Shown here in pieces: positions 47,731 through 59,216 of a stretch of DNA of 64,000 nucleotides. The notes beneath the pieces are model-generated. The model had not been told where the DNA came from, made no database searches, and saw only the letters and a program-made list of their open reading frames with translations. Location of the stretch: assembly GCF_003019035.1 (NCBI RefSeq), contig NZ_CP027447.1. One strand, 5' to 3'. The stretch's first letter is position 1. Every line of letters begins with the position of its first letter. The stretch comes from Escherichia coli (lineage in GTDB: Bacteria > Pseudomonadota > Gammaproteobacteria > Enterobacterales > Enterobacteriaceae). The position numbers and the translations under genes were made by a program.

Positions 47731-48540
47731 TCACTCCCCGACCAGAATCACTTCAACCCCAGCCTTTCGCAGGCCTTCCAGACTATCCGCAGGAATGCCT
47801 TCATCAACAATGATCATGTCGATACGTTGAGTATCAATGATCTTATGTAAACTGGAACGATTGAACTTACTGGAATCGGTGACCACGATGATCCGTTCCG
47901 CAACTTCGCACATCCGACGGTTTAAACGGGCTTCATCTTCATTATGCGTGCTGACGCCGCGCTCCAGATCGATCGCATCTACACCAAGAAACAGCATATC
48001 GAAGTGGTAATTTTGCAGCGATTGCTCAGCCTGATCACCGTAAAAAGATTGCGACTGACGGCGCAAATGCCCTCCGGTCATCAGCAGCTCAACGCCTTCC
48101 GCTTCCAGCAACGCATTAGCCACGTTCATACCGTTGGTCATCGCAATTACGTCGGTGTGCTTGCGCATCAGACGAGCAATCTCAAAAGTGGTGGTCCCGG
48201 AATCGAGGATCACCCGATGACCTGGCTGAATCAACTCAACGGCAGCTTTCGCAACGCTGCGTTTCATTGCGGTGTTCAGCGCGCTTTTATCTTCCACTGA
48301 TGGCTCGACTGACGGCGTCGTGCTATCGCAGATCAACGCGCCGCCATAGGCACGCACAGCGATCCCCTGCTTTTCCAGAAACGCCAGATCGTTGCGGATC
48401 GTCACAGTAGATACGCCATACAATGCCGACAGATCGTTAACCTGCACACTTCCTTGCTGGCGCAGGCGTTGAATGATCTGCTCTCGTCGCTCACTGGTGC
48501 CTGTCACTCGCTTCTCGCCTGAAGCGTCGGTATTACTCAT
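47731..48540 (-). CDS. agaR: DeoR-family repressor of the aga regulon, AgaR
   Basis: 269 aa; DeoR-type N-terminal helix-turn-helix and sugar-binding C-terminus. Confidence 0.88.
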
Positions 48541-48788
48541 AGTAAGTCCTTTCGTAAAACTTTCGTTTCATTTCGTTTTGCCTATTAACGCCTTTCTATT
48601 AAGCAAATGCAAGCCCACCTTACCCATTGGCGCAAGCTACTCTCGTTTCAGTGGCTTTCATTATGTTTCTTTTGTGAATCAGATCAGAAAACTATTATCT
48701 TTCGTTTTATTTTTATCTCACCATGGCGCAGTATCAACTGAAACAAAACGAAAGATTAATATCGCAGTAATCTGAACTGGAGAGGAAA
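48541..48788. promoter_or_regulatory. agaR / kbaZ divergent promoter region with repeated CTTTCGTTT-type motifs (AgaR-operator-like)
   Basis: Repeats ctttcgtaaaactttcgtttcatttcgtttt, tctttcgttttat and aaacaaaacgaaag in the intergenic region. Confidence 0.5.
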
Positions 48789-50069
48789 GTGAAACATCTG
48801 ACAGAAATGGTGAGACAGCACAAAGAGGGCAAAACAAATGGGATTTATGCCGTTTGTTCCGCACATCCGCTGGTGCTGGAAGCTGCAATCCGCTACGCCA
48901 GTGCAAACCAAACGCCGTTACTGATTGAAGCAACCTCCAATCAGGTGGACCAGTTCGGCGGTTATACCGGAATGACGCCCGCCGATTTTCGCGGCTTTGT
49001 TTGTCAGCTCGCCGACTCGTTGAATTTCCCACAGGATGCGTTGATTCTGGGTGGCGACCATCTGGGGCCAAACCGCTGGCAAAACCTGCCTGCCGCTCAG
49101 GCAATGGCCAATGCCGATGATTTGATTAAAAGCTACGTGGCGGCAGGATTCAAAAAAATTCACCTTGATTGCAGCATGTCCTGTCAGGACGATCCGATTC
49201 CCTTAACTGATGACATCGTGGCCGAACGCGCCGCTCGTCTGGCGAAAGTGGCGGAAGAAACCTGCCGTGAACATTTTGGCGCGGCCGATCTGGAGTATGT
49301 CATTGGTACCGAAGTGCCGGTGCCTGGCGGCGCGCATGAAACCTTAAGCGAGCTGGCGGTCACCACGCCGGATGCCGCCCGCGCCACACTGGAAGCCCAT
49401 CGCCACGCCTTTGAAAAGCAGGGCCTGAATGCCATCTGGCCACGCATTATTGCCCTGGTGGTTCAACCCGGCGTCGAATTCGATCACACCAACGTTATTG
49501 ATTATCAGCCAGCTAAAGCGACCGCCTTAAGCCAGATGGTCGAAAACTACGAAACGCTGATTTTCGAAGCGCACTCAACCGATTACCAAACGCCGCAATC
49601 GTTGCGCCAGCTGGTGATTGACCACTTTGCCATTCTGAAAGTTGGCCCGGCGCTGACCTTCGCCCTGCGTGAAGCTCTGTTCTCTCTGGCGGCGATTGAA
49701 GAAGAACTGGTACCAGCAAAAGCCTGTTCTGGTCTGCGTCAGGTGCTGGAAAACGTGATGCTCGACCGCCCGGAATACTGGCAAAGCCACTACCACGGTG
49801 ACGGCAACGCGCGTCGTCTGGCGCGTGGTTATAGCTACTCGGATCGCGTGCGCTATTACTGGCCGGACAGCCAGATTGATGACGCTTTCGCTCATCTGGT
49901 TCGTAATCTGGCGGATTCACCAATTCCGCTACCGCTCATCAGCCAGTATTTGCCGCTGCAATACGTGAAAGTTCGCTCCGGCGAGCTGCAGCCAACACCA
50001 CGGGAACTCATTATCAACCATATTCAGGACATCCTGGCGCAGTACCACACAGCCTGTGAAGGCCAATAA
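48789..50069 (+). CDS. kbaZ: tagatose-bisphosphate aldolase non-catalytic subunit KbaZ (AgaZ)
   Basis: 426 aa; recognised sequence. Confidence 0.88.
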   Translation: MKHLTEMVRQHKEGKTNGIYAVCSAHPLVLEAAIRYASANQTPLLIEATSNQVDQFGGYTGMTPADFRGFVCQLADSLNFPQDALILGGDHLGPNRWQNLPAAQAMANADDLIKSYVAAGFKKIHLDCSMSCQDDPIPLTDDIVAERAARLAKVAEETCREHFGAADLEYVIGTEVPVPGGAHETLSELAVTTPDAARATLEAHRHAFEKQGLNAIWPRIIALVVQPGVEFDHTNVIDYQPAKATALSQMVENYETLIFEAHSTDYQTPQSLRQLVIDHFAILKVGPALTFALREALFSLAAIEEELVPAKACSGLRQVLENVMLDRPEYWQSHYHGDGNARRLARGYSYSDRVRYYWPDSQIDDAFAHLVRNLADSPIPLPLISQYLPLQYVKVRSGELQPTPRELIINHIQDILAQYHTACEGQ

Positions 50070-50091
50070 GCAAAACAAAGAGGAACACGCT

Positions 50092-50565
50092 ATGCCAAAT
50101 ATTGTTTTAAGCCGGATTGATGAGCGTTTGATTCACGGTCAGGTCGGCGTTCAGTGGGTCGGATTTGCGGGGGCAAATCTGGTGCTGGTAGCCAACGATG
50201 AGGTTGCCGAAGATCCGGTACAACAAAACCTGATGGAAATGGTACTGGCAGAAGGGATCGCCGTACGTTTCTGGACGCTGCAAAAAGTCATCGACAACAT
50301 TCATCGCGCCGCCGATCGACAGAAAATCCTGCTGGTTTGTAAAACACCTGCCGATTTCCTGACGCTGGTAAAAGGTGGCGTTCCGGTGAATCGCATTAAC
50401 GTTGGCAATATGCACTACGCCAATGGCAAGCAACAAATCGCCAAAACGGTTTCTGTGGATGCGGGTGATATCGCAGCATTTAACGACCTGAAAGCCGCTG
50501 GGGTGGAATGCTTCGTTCAGGGCGTCCCGACAGAGCCTGCAGTGGACCTCTTTAAATTACTTTGA
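50092..50565 (+). CDS. agaV: PTS N-acetylgalactosamine-specific IIB component AgaV
   Basis: ORF trimmed to MPNIVLSRIDERLIHGQVG... (157 aa); mannose-family IIB. Confidence 0.85.
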   Translation: MPNIVLSRIDERLIHGQVGVQWVGFAGANLVLVANDEVAEDPVQQNLMEMVLAEGIAVRFWTLQKVIDNIHRAADRQKILLVCKTPADFLTLVKGGVPVNRINVGNMHYANGKQQIAKTVSVDAGDIAAFNDLKAAGVECFVQGVPTEPAVDLFKLL

Positions 50566-50575
50566 GGGATTCATC

Positions 50576-51355
50576 ATGGAAATCAGTCTGTTGCAGGCAT
50601 TCGCGTTGGGCATTATCGCCTTTATCGCTGGCCTGGATATGTTTAACGGCCTAACCCATATGCACCGCCCGGTGGTCCTCGGCCCGTTGGTCGGGCTGGT
50701 ACTTGGCGATCTGCATACCGGTATTTTAACCGGCGGTACGCTGGAACTGGTGTGGATGGGGCTGGCCCCGCTGGCGGGCGCACAGCCGCCTAACGTGATT
50801 ATCGGTACTATCGTCGGCACGGCGTTTGCCATTACTACTGGCGTGAAACCCGATGTCGCGGTCGGTGTCGCCGTACCTTTCGCTGTCGCAGTACAGATGG
50901 GGATTACCTTCCTGTTCTCGGTGATGTCCGGCGTGATGTCCCGATGCGACCGGATGGCGGAGAACGCCGATACTCGCGGCATTGAACGCGTGAACTATCT
51001 GGCACTGCTGGCACTCGGCACTTTCTATTTTCTCTGCGCTTTCCTGCCTATCTACTTCGGCGCGGAACATGCAAAAACCATCATTGATGTCCTGCCGCAA
51101 CGATTAATCGACGGCCTCGGCGTCGCGGGCGGCATCATGCCAGCAATCGGTTTTGCCGTGTTGCTGAAAATCATGATGAAAAACGTCTACATCCCCTACT
51201 TCATCCTGGGCTTTGTTGCCGCAGCCTGGCTCAAGTTACCGGTGTTGGCTATTGCTGCCGCTGCGCTGGCGATGGCGCTGATCGACCTGCTGCGTAAATC
51301 TCCTGAACCGACTCAACCTGCGGCACAGAAAGAGGAATTTGAAGATGGCATCTAA
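50576..51355 (+). CDS. agaW: PTS N-acetylgalactosamine-specific IIC component AgaW (full length)
   Basis: 259 aa mannose-family IIC; intact here, whereas K-12 retains only a truncated remnant as I recall. Confidence 0.8.
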   Translation: MEISLLQAFALGIIAFIAGLDMFNGLTHMHRPVVLGPLVGLVLGDLHTGILTGGTLELVWMGLAPLAGAQPPNVIIGTIVGTAFAITTGVKPDVAVGVAVPFAVAVQMGITFLFSVMSGVMSRCDRMAENADTRGIERVNYLALLALGTFYFLCAFLPIYFGAEHAKTIIDVLPQRLIDGLGVAGGIMPAIGFAVLLKIMMKNVYIPYFILGFVAAAWLKLPVLAIAAAALAMALIDLLRKSPEPTQPAAQKEEFEDGI

Positions 51356-52223
51356 TCAAACCACCCTGCCGAACGTCAGCGAAAATGAAGAAACACTGCT
51401 GACTGGCGTCAATGAAAACGTGTATGAAGATCAGAGCATTGGCGCGGAGCTGACGAAAAAAGATATCAACCGCGTCGCCTGGCGTTCCATGTTGTTACAG
51501 GCTTCTTTCAACTACGAACGTATGCAGGCTTCCGGCTGGCTGTACGGCCTGCTGCCAGCACTGAAAAAGATCCACACTAATAAACGCGACCTGGCGCGCG
51601 CTATGAAGGGGCATATGGGTTTCTTCAATACCCATCCGTTTCTGGTGACGTTTGTTATCGGCATTATCCTTGCGATGGAGCGTTCTAAGCAGGACGTTAA
51701 CAGTATTCAGAGCACCAAAATTGCCGTCGGTGCGCCGCTCGGCGGGATTGGCGATGCGATGTTCTGGCTAACGCTACTGCCGATTTGTGGCGGGATAGGT
51801 GCAAGCCTCGCGCTACAAGGCTCTATTCTTGGCGCTGTCGTCTTTATTGTGCTGTTCAACGTGGTGCACCTGGGGCTGCGTTTTGGTCTGGCGCATTATG
51901 CTTACCGCATGGGCGTGGCGGCGATTCCACTCATTAAAGCAAATACCAAAAAAGTCGGCCATGCTGCGTCTATCGTTGGGATGACGGTAATCGGCGCGCT
52001 GGTGGCAACCTATGTTCGTTTAAGCACCACGCTGGAAATCACAGCGGGCGACGCAGTGGTTAAGTTACAGGCTGATGTTATCGACAAACTGATGCCTGCC
52101 TTCTTACCACTGGTCTACACCCTGACCATGTTCTGGCTGGTACGCCGCGGCTGGAGTCCGCTGCGCCTGATTGCAGTTACCGTGGTTCTCGGCATCGTCG
52201 GTAAATTCTGCCATTTCCTTTAA
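51339..52223 (+). CDS. agaE: PTS N-acetylgalactosamine-specific IID component AgaE
   Basis: 294 aa mannose-family IID; start may be a few codons downstream. Confidence 0.8.
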   Translation: MKMASNQTTLPNVSENEETLLTGVNENVYEDQSIGAELTKKDINRVAWRSMLLQASFNYERMQASGWLYGLLPALKKIHTNKRDLARAMKGHMGFFNTHPFLVTFVIGIILAMERSKQDVNSIQSTKIAVGAPLGGIGDAMFWLTLLPICGGIGASLALQGSILGAVVFIVLFNVVHLGLRFGLAHYAYRMGVAAIPLIKANTKKVGHAASIVGMTVIGALVATYVRLSTTLEITAGDAVVKLQADVIDKLMPAFLPLVYTLTMFWLVRRGWSPLRLIAVTVVLGIVGKFCHFL

Positions 52224-52240
52224 ATACAATGAGGTATTAG

Positions 52241-52675
52241 ATGTTAAGTATTATTTTGACAGGGCATGGCGGGTTTGCCAGCGGCATGGAAAAAGCAATG
52301 AAGCAAATCCTCGGCGAGCAATCGCAGTTTATTGCCATCGATTTTCCCGAAACCTCAAGCACCGCGCTGCTTACATCGCAGCTTGAAGAGGCCATCGTCC
52401 AACTGGATTGTGAAGACGGCATTGTTTTTCTGACGGATTTGCTGGGCGGCACGCCGTTTCGCGTAGCTTCAACGCTGGCGATGCAAAAACCGGGCTGTGA
52501 AGTGATCACCGGCACAAATTTGCAACTATTACTGGAAATGGTGCTGGAGCGCGAAGGGTTAAGCGGTGAAGAGTTCCGTGTGCAGGCGCTGGAGTGTGGA
52601 CACCGTGGGCTGACCAGTCTGGTGGACGAACTTGGTCGCTGCCATGAGGAATGTCCGGTCGAGGAAGGAATATGA
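52241..52675 (+). CDS. agaF: PTS mannose-family IIA component AgaF
   Basis: 144 aa; N-terminal MLSIILTGHGGFA IIA-type motif. Confidence 0.8.
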   Translation: MLSIILTGHGGFASGMEKAMKQILGEQSQFIAIDFPETSSTALLTSQLEEAIVQLDCEDGIVFLTDLLGGTPFRVASTLAMQKPGCEVITGTNLQLLLEMVLEREGLSGEEFRVQALECGHRGLTSLVDELGRCHEECPVEEGI

Positions 52676-53805
52676 CACACGTTCTGCGCGCCAGAAGGCT
52701 GCTGACCGAAGAGGGATGGCTCGATGACCATCAGTTGCGTATTGCTGACGGTGTAATCGCAGCAATCGAACCGATTCCAGTGGGCGTGACTGAACGCGAT
52801 GCGGAACTGCTCTGCCCCGCTTACATCGACACCCATGTACACGGTGGTGCGGGCGTTGATGTAATGGATGACGCGCCGGATGCGCTCGACAAGCTGGCAA
52901 TGCACAAGGCACGCGAAGGTGTCGGCAGTTGGTTACCGACCACCGTAACCGCGCCGCTTAATACCATTCATGCGGCGCTGAAACGTATTGCTCTACGCTG
53001 CCAGCGTGGCGGACCTGGTGCGCAAGCGCTGGGGAGTTATCTCGAAGGACCGTACTTCACGCCGCAGAATAAAGGCGCGCATCCGCCGGAGCTGTTTCGC
53101 GAGCTGGAAATTGCCGAGCTGGATCAATTGATTGCCGTTTCTCAGCACACCTTGCGCGTGGTAGCGCTGGCACCAGAAAAAGAAGGGGCATTGCAGGCCA
53201 TCCGCCATCTTAAACAGCAAAACGTACGGGTGATGCTGGGGCATAGCGCGGCGACCTGGCAACAAACCCGTGCCGCGTTTGACGCTGGTGCCGACGGCCT
53301 GGTGCATTGCTATAACGGGATGACAGGTTTACATCACCGCGAACCGGGAATGGTTGGCGCGGGATTAACGAACAAGCGCGCCTGGCTGGAACTGATAGCC
53401 GATGGTCATCATGTACATCCGGCGGCGATGTCGCTGTGTTGTTGCTGTGCGAAAGAGAGAATCGTGCTGATCACCGACGCGATGCAGGCAGCCGGGATGC
53501 CGGATGGTCGCTATACGTTATGTGGTGAAGAAGTGCAGATGCACGATGGCGTTGTCCGTACCGCGTCCGGTGGGCTGGCGGGCAGTACGCTGTCTGTCGA
53601 TGCGGCAGTGCGCAACATGGTCGAGTTGACGGGCGTAACGCCTGCGGAAGCCATCCATATGGCATCGCTGCATCCGGCGCGTATGCTGGGTGTTGATGGT
53701 GTTCTGGGATCGCTTAAACCGGGCAAACGCGCCAGCGTCGTTGCGCTGGATAGCGGGCTGCATGTGCAACAAATCTGGATTCAGGGTCAATTAGCTTCGT
53801 TTTGA
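52672..53805 (+). CDS. agaA: N-acetylgalactosamine-6-phosphate deacetylase AgaA (full length)
   Basis: ORF trimmed to MTHVLRARRLL... (377 aa); start overlaps the agaF stop; NagA-like amidohydrolase. Confidence 0.82.
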   Translation: MTHVLRARRLLTEEGWLDDHQLRIADGVIAAIEPIPVGVTERDAELLCPAYIDTHVHGGAGVDVMDDAPDALDKLAMHKAREGVGSWLPTTVTAPLNTIHAALKRIALRCQRGGPGAQALGSYLEGPYFTPQNKGAHPPELFRELEIAELDQLIAVSQHTLRVVALAPEKEGALQAIRHLKQQNVRVMLGHSAATWQQTRAAFDAGADGLVHCYNGMTGLHHREPGMVGAGLTNKRAWLELIADGHHVHPAAMSLCCCCAKERIVLITDAMQAAGMPDGRYTLCGEEVQMHDGVVRTASGGLAGSTLSVDAAVRNMVELTGVTPAEAIHMASLHPARMLGVDGVLGSLKPGKRASVVALDSGLHVQQIWIQGQLASF

Positions 53806-53874
53806 TGGTTTGCTCCTTTATTGGGCCTTCACTTCCCCCGTAAGGCCTTTCTTTTTCTTTCGTTGTGCTCTGTG

Positions 53875-53940
53875 CAGGGTGTCGGATGCGACGCTGACGC
53901 GTCTTCTTCGACCTACGGTACGCCGCATCCGGCAATCGGT
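53875..53940. repeat. REP-like palindromic repeats
   Basis: gtcggatgcgacgctgacgcgtcttcttcgacc ... acggtacgccgcatccggca. Confidence 0.6.
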
Positions 53941-53989
53941 GAACATAGCGACGTTATCACGCAATCCTTTAATCTTCCCTTGTCTTTTC

Positions 53990-54154
53990 TTTCAATGATC
54001 ACAAATTTCGTTTTATTTCTTTTTTCTCCATTGAACTTTCAGTTTCTTTTCTATAGATTTTAATCAACGAAAGACATCACCAAGTGAAATGAAACGAAAG
54101 GTAAGCGAAAGCGACAACGCCCGACGTCAAGTTCATCAGACTAAGGATTGAGTT
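53990..54154 (+). promoter_or_regulatory. agaS promoter region with AgaR-operator-like repeats
   Basis: AT-rich region with ctttcagtttctttt, gaaatgaaacgaaag and gcgaaagcg motifs similar to those at agaR/kbaZ. Confidence 0.45.
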
Positions 54155-55309
54155 ATGCCAGAAAATTACACCCCTGCTGCTGCCGCAACCGGTACATGGA
54201 CTGAAGAAGAGATCCGCCATCAGCCTCGCGCATGGATCCGTTCACTCACCAACATCGACGCGCTACGTTCCGCGCTCAATAACTTCCTTGAACCGTTACT
54301 GCGCAAAGAGAATCTGCGGGTAATCCTGACCGGAGCCGGAACCTCGGCATTTATCGGTGACATCATCGCGCCGTGGCTCGCCAGCCATACCGGTAAAAAC
54401 TTCAGCGCCGTACCGACCACCGATCTGGTCACTAATCCGATGGACTACCTGAATCCAGCTCATCCGCTACTGTTGATCTCCTTCGGTCGATCCGGCAACA
54501 GCCCGGAAAGCGTCGCCGCCGTGGAACTGGCGAATCAGTTTGTACCGGAATGCTATCACCTGCCGATCACCTGCAACGAAGCGGGCGCTCTTTACCAAAA
54601 CGCGATCAACAGCGACAACGCGTTTGCCCTGCTGATGCCCGCAGAAACGCACGATCGCGGCTTTGCGATGACCAGCAGCATTACCACCATGATGGCCAGC
54701 TGCCTCGCGGTTTTCGCACCTGAGACGATCAACAGCCAGAGCTTCTGCGACGTGGCGGATCGTTGCCAGGCGATCCTGACCTCACTGGGCGATTTCAGCG
54801 CAGGTGTGTTTGGTTACGCACCGTGGAAACGGATCGTTTATCTCGGCAGCGGTGGCTTACAGGGCGCAGCACGCGAGTCGGCGCTGAAAGTACTGGAACT
54901 GACGGCGGGTAAACTGGCGGCCTTTTATGATTCCCCGACCGGATTCCGTCATGGCCCGAAATCGCTGGTCGATAACGAAACGCTGGTGGTGGTGTTTGTC
55001 TCCAGCCACCCTTACACCCGTCAGTATGATCTTGATCTGCTGGCAGAACTCCGCCGCGATAACCAGGCATTGCGCGTAATCGCCATCGCCGCGGAAAGCA
55101 ACGACGTTATTACCGCCGGTCCACATATCATCCTGCCGCCGTCCCGTCACTTTATCGACGTTGAGCAGGCATTTTGCTTCCTGATGTACGCCCAGACATT
55201 TGCACTGATGCAGTCGCTGCACATGGGTAATACGCCGGATACCCCATCAGCCAGTGGCACCGTTAACCGCGTGGTGCAAGGCGTAATCATTCATCCGTGG
55301 CAGGCATAA
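54155..55309 (+). CDS. agaS: SIS-domain galactosamine-6-phosphate deaminase/isomerase AgaS
   Basis: 384 aa; recognised sequence. Confidence 0.88.
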   Translation: MPENYTPAAAATGTWTEEEIRHQPRAWIRSLTNIDALRSALNNFLEPLLRKENLRVILTGAGTSAFIGDIIAPWLASHTGKNFSAVPTTDLVTNPMDYLNPAHPLLLISFGRSGNSPESVAAVELANQFVPECYHLPITCNEAGALYQNAINSDNAFALLMPAETHDRGFAMTSSITTMMASCLAVFAPETINSQSFCDVADRCQAILTSLGDFSAGVFGYAPWKRIVYLGSGGLQGAARESALKVLELTAGKLAAFYDSPTGFRHGPKSLVDNETLVVVFVSSHPYTRQYDLDLLAELRRDNQALRVIAIAAESNDVITAGPHIILPPSRHFIDVEQAFCFLMYAQTFALMQSLHMGNTPDTPSASGTVNRVVQGVIIHPWQA

Positions 55310-56182
<873 letters not shown>

Positions 56183-56348
56183 TCATTAGTTTTTTATGAT
56201 TTATCCCAATGTACTTCCCGATTAATATCGGGAAGTGCCTTAATGGAAAAGGAGATGACTAAACCTTAATAAATACATCAGTACAATATCGCAACAATAA
56301 TATATTTAAAAAAATTATATTATTCAACTTTATGGTGAGGATTACACA

Positions 56349-56825
56349 ATGAGCAGTCCAAATATTCTCTTAACCCGTATTGATAACCGTCTGGTTCACG
56401 GTCAGGTTGGCGTGACCTGGACATCCACCATCGGTGCGAATCTGTTGGTAGTCGTGGATGATGTTGTCGCTAACGATGATATTCAACAGAAATTAATGGG
56501 TATTACCGCAGAAACCTACGGCTTTGGCATTCGTTTCTTTACTATCGAAAAAACCATTAACGTCATCGGCAAAGCTGCACCGCATCAGAAGATCTTCCTG
56601 ATTTGCCGTACGCCACAAACGGTACGTAAATTGGTAGAAGGTGGTATTGACCTGAAAGATGTCAACGTCGGCAATATGCATTTCTCGGAAGGGAAAAAGC
56701 AAATCAGCAGTAAAGTTTATGTCGATGACCAGGATCTCACGGACTTACATTTTATTAAACAACGTGGCGTGAATGTTTTCATTCAGGACGTCCCTGGCGA
56801 TCAAAAAGAACAAATCCCTGACTAA
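56349..56825 (+). CDS. agaB: PTS galactosamine-specific IIB component AgaB
   Basis: 158 aa; paralogous to agaV (ILLTRIDNRLVHGQVGV). Confidence 0.88.
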   Translation: MSSPNILLTRIDNRLVHGQVGVTWTSTIGANLLVVVDDVVANDDIQQKLMGITAETYGFGIRFFTIEKTINVIGKAAPHQKIFLICRTPQTVRKLVEGGIDLKDVNVGNMHFSEGKKQISSKVYVDDQDLTDLHFIKQRGVNVFIQDVPGDQKEQIPD

Positions 56826-56863
56826 ATCTAAAATCGCCTTAATATTGGTTTGAGGTAATAAAA

Positions 56864-57667
56864 ATGCATGAAATAACCCTACTCCAGGGATTATCCCTGG
56901 CGGCGTTAGTTTTCTTTCTGGGGATTGATTTTTGGCTGGAAGCCTTATTTTTATTCCGCCCGATAATCGTTTGTACCCTTACAGGTGCTATTCTCGGTGA
57001 TATTCAGACTGGCTTAATTACCGGTGGCCTGACAGAGTTGGCTTTCGCCGGATTAACCCCTGCAGGTGGTGTTCAGCCGCCCAACCCGATTATGGCGGGT
57101 CTGATGACCACCGTCATTGCATGGTCTACGGGCGTTGATGCCAAAACGGCAATTGGTCTTGGCCTGCCGTTTAGTTTGTTAATGCAGTACGTCATTCTGT
57201 TCTTCTATTCCGCTTTCTCATTATTTATGACCAAAGCCGATAAATGCGCAAAAGAGGCGGATACGGCAGCATTTTCCCGACTTAACTGGACAACGATGCT
57301 CATCGTCGCTTCAGCGTATGCGGTGATTGCTTTCCTCTGTACTTACCTGGCACAAGGGGCGATGCAGGCGCTGGTGAAAGCGATGCCCGCCTGGCTGACC
57401 CACGGCTTTGAAGTGGCTGGCGGTATTCTGCCTGCCGTTGGTTTTGGCTTGCTGCTGCGCGTGATGTTCAAAGCGCAATATATCCCTTACCTGATCGCCG
57501 GTTTCCTGTTCGTTTGCTACATCCAGGTCAGCAACCTGTTGCCGGTTGCCGTGCTGGGCGCAGGCTTTGCGGTGTATGAGTTTTTCAATGCGAAATCCCG
57601 GCAGCAAGCGCAACCGCAGCCCGTTGCCAGTAAAAATGAAGAAGAGGACTACAGCAATGGGATCTGA
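56864..57667 (+). CDS. agaC: PTS galactosamine-specific IIC component AgaC
   Basis: 267 aa; paralogous to agaW. Confidence 0.88.
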   Translation: MHEITLLQGLSLAALVFFLGIDFWLEALFLFRPIIVCTLTGAILGDIQTGLITGGLTELAFAGLTPAGGVQPPNPIMAGLMTTVIAWSTGVDAKTAIGLGLPFSLLMQYVILFFYSAFSLFMTKADKCAKEADTAAFSRLNWTTMLIVASAYAVIAFLCTYLAQGAMQALVKAMPAWLTHGFEVAGGILPAVGFGLLLRVMFKAQYIPYLIAGFLFVCYIQVSNLLPVAVLGAGFAVYEFFNAKSRQQAQPQPVASKNEEEDYSNGI

Positions 57668-58448
57668 AATCAGTAAAAAAGATATCACCCGTCTGGGCTT
57701 TCGTTCGTCACTGCTACAAGCAAGCTTTAACTACGAAAGGATGCAGGCGGGCGGTTTTACCTGGGCGATGTTGCCGATCCTGAAAAAGATTTATAAGGAC
57801 GACAAACCGGGCCTAAGCGCGGCGATGAAAGATAACCTCGAATTTATTAATACCCACCCGAATCTGGTCGGATTTCTGATGGGGTTATTAATTTCGATGG
57901 AAGAAAAAGGAGAAAACCGCGACACCATTAAAGGCCTCAAAGTGGCACTGTTTGGCCCAATCGCCGGGATTGGCGATGCGATTTTCTGGTTTACCTTATT
58001 GCCGATTATGGCGGGAATTTGCTCATCATTTGCCAGCCAGGGAAACTTGCTGGGGCCGATTCTATTTTTCGCCGTTTACCTGCTTATCTTCTTCCTGCGC
58101 GTCGGCTGGACCCACGTCGGTTATTCAGTCGGCGTGAAGGCGATCGATAAAGTGCGAAAGAACTCGCAGATGATTGCTCGTTCGGCAACCATCCTCGGGA
58201 TCACGGTAATCGGCGGGCTGATCGCTTCGTATGTGCATATTAACGTGGTGACATCGTTTGCCATCGACAGTACCCACAGCGTCGCACTGCAGCAGGATTT
58301 CTTCGATAAAGTCTTCCCGAACATTTTACCGATGGCCTACACCCTGCTGATGTATTACTTCCTGCGGGTGAAAAAAGCGCATCCGGTGCTGTTAATCGGC
58401 GTGACTTTTGTGCTCTCTATTGTTTGTTCCGCATTCGGCATTTTGTAA
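57657..58448 (+). CDS. agaD: PTS galactosamine-specific IID component AgaD
   Basis: ORF 57546-58448 trimmed to MGSEISKKDITRLGFRSS... (263 aa); 11 nt overlap with agaC. Confidence 0.85.
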   Translation: MGSEISKKDITRLGFRSSLLQASFNYERMQAGGFTWAMLPILKKIYKDDKPGLSAAMKDNLEFINTHPNLVGFLMGLLISMEEKGENRDTIKGLKVALFGPIAGIGDAIFWFTLLPIMAGICSSFASQGNLLGPILFFAVYLLIFFLRVGWTHVGYSVGVKAIDKVRKNSQMIARSATILGITVIGGLIASYVHINVVTSFAIDSTHSVALQQDFFDKVFPNILPMAYTLLMYYFLRVKKAHPVLLIGVTFVLSIVCSAFGIL

Positions 58449-59216
58449 ATGGAACGAGGCACTGCGTCTGGCGGTGCCTCTTTACTTAAGGAATTTCATC
58501 CTGTGCAAACCCTTCAACAAGTTGAAAACTATACGGCGTTAAGTGAACGTGCCAGCGAATATTTATTGGCCGTGATCCGTAGTAAACCGGATGCCGTGAT
58601 TTGCCTGGCGACCGGAGCCACGCCATTACTGACGTATCATTATCTGGTAGAAAAAATCCACCAGCAGCAGGTTGATGTCAGCCAGCTCACCTTCGTGAAG
58701 CTCGACGAATGGGTGGATCTGCCATTAACAATGCCTGGCACCTGCGAAACTTTCCTACAACAGCATATCGTGCAGCCGCTGGGGCTGCGTGAAGACCAGC
58801 TCATCAGCTTTCGCTCTGAAGAGATAAATGAGACAGAGTGCGAACGGGTAACGAACCTGATTGCGCGCAAAGGCGGTCTGGATTTATGCGTTCTCGGATT
58901 GGGGAAAAACGGTCATCTTGGGCTGAACGAACCGGGAGAAAGCCTGCAACCGGCCTGCCATATCAGTCAACTTGATGCCAGAACACAGCAACATGAGATG
59001 TTAAAAACCGCGGGCCGTCCCGTGACTCGTGGGATCACCTTAGGCCTGAAGGATATTCTCAATACCCGCGAAGTTTTGCTACTGGTGACTGGCGAAGGAA
59101 AGCAGGATGCGACAGAACGTTTTCTCACGGCTAAAGTCTCTACCGCTATCCCGGCTTCGTTTTTATGGCTGCATAACCATTTCACATGCGTGATTGATGA
59201 AATGTGTCGTCGTTAA
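58449..59216 (+). CDS. agaI: putative galactosamine-6-phosphate deaminase/isomerase AgaI (NagB family)
   Basis: 255 aa; ATG immediately follows the agaD stop; NagB/glucosamine-6-P deaminase-like. Confidence 0.82.
   Translation: MERGTASGGASLLKEFHPVQTLQQVENYTALSERASEYLLAVIRSKPDAVICLATGATPLLTYHYLVEKIHQQQVDVSQLTFVKLDEWVDLPLTMPGTCETFLQQHIVQPLGLREDQLISFRSEEINETECERVTNLIARKGGLDLCVLGLGKNGHLGLNEPGESLQPACHISQLDARTQQHEMLKTAGRPVTRGITLGLKDILNTREVLLLVTGEGKQDATERFLTAKVSTAIPASFLWLHNHFTCVIDEMCRR

Noticed and set aside
56183-56348. Hairpin cttcccgattaatatcgggaag between kbaY and agaB as a terminator
   Set aside because: No adjacent U-tract; more likely part of the agaB promoter/operator region or an mRNA processing structure; insufficient support
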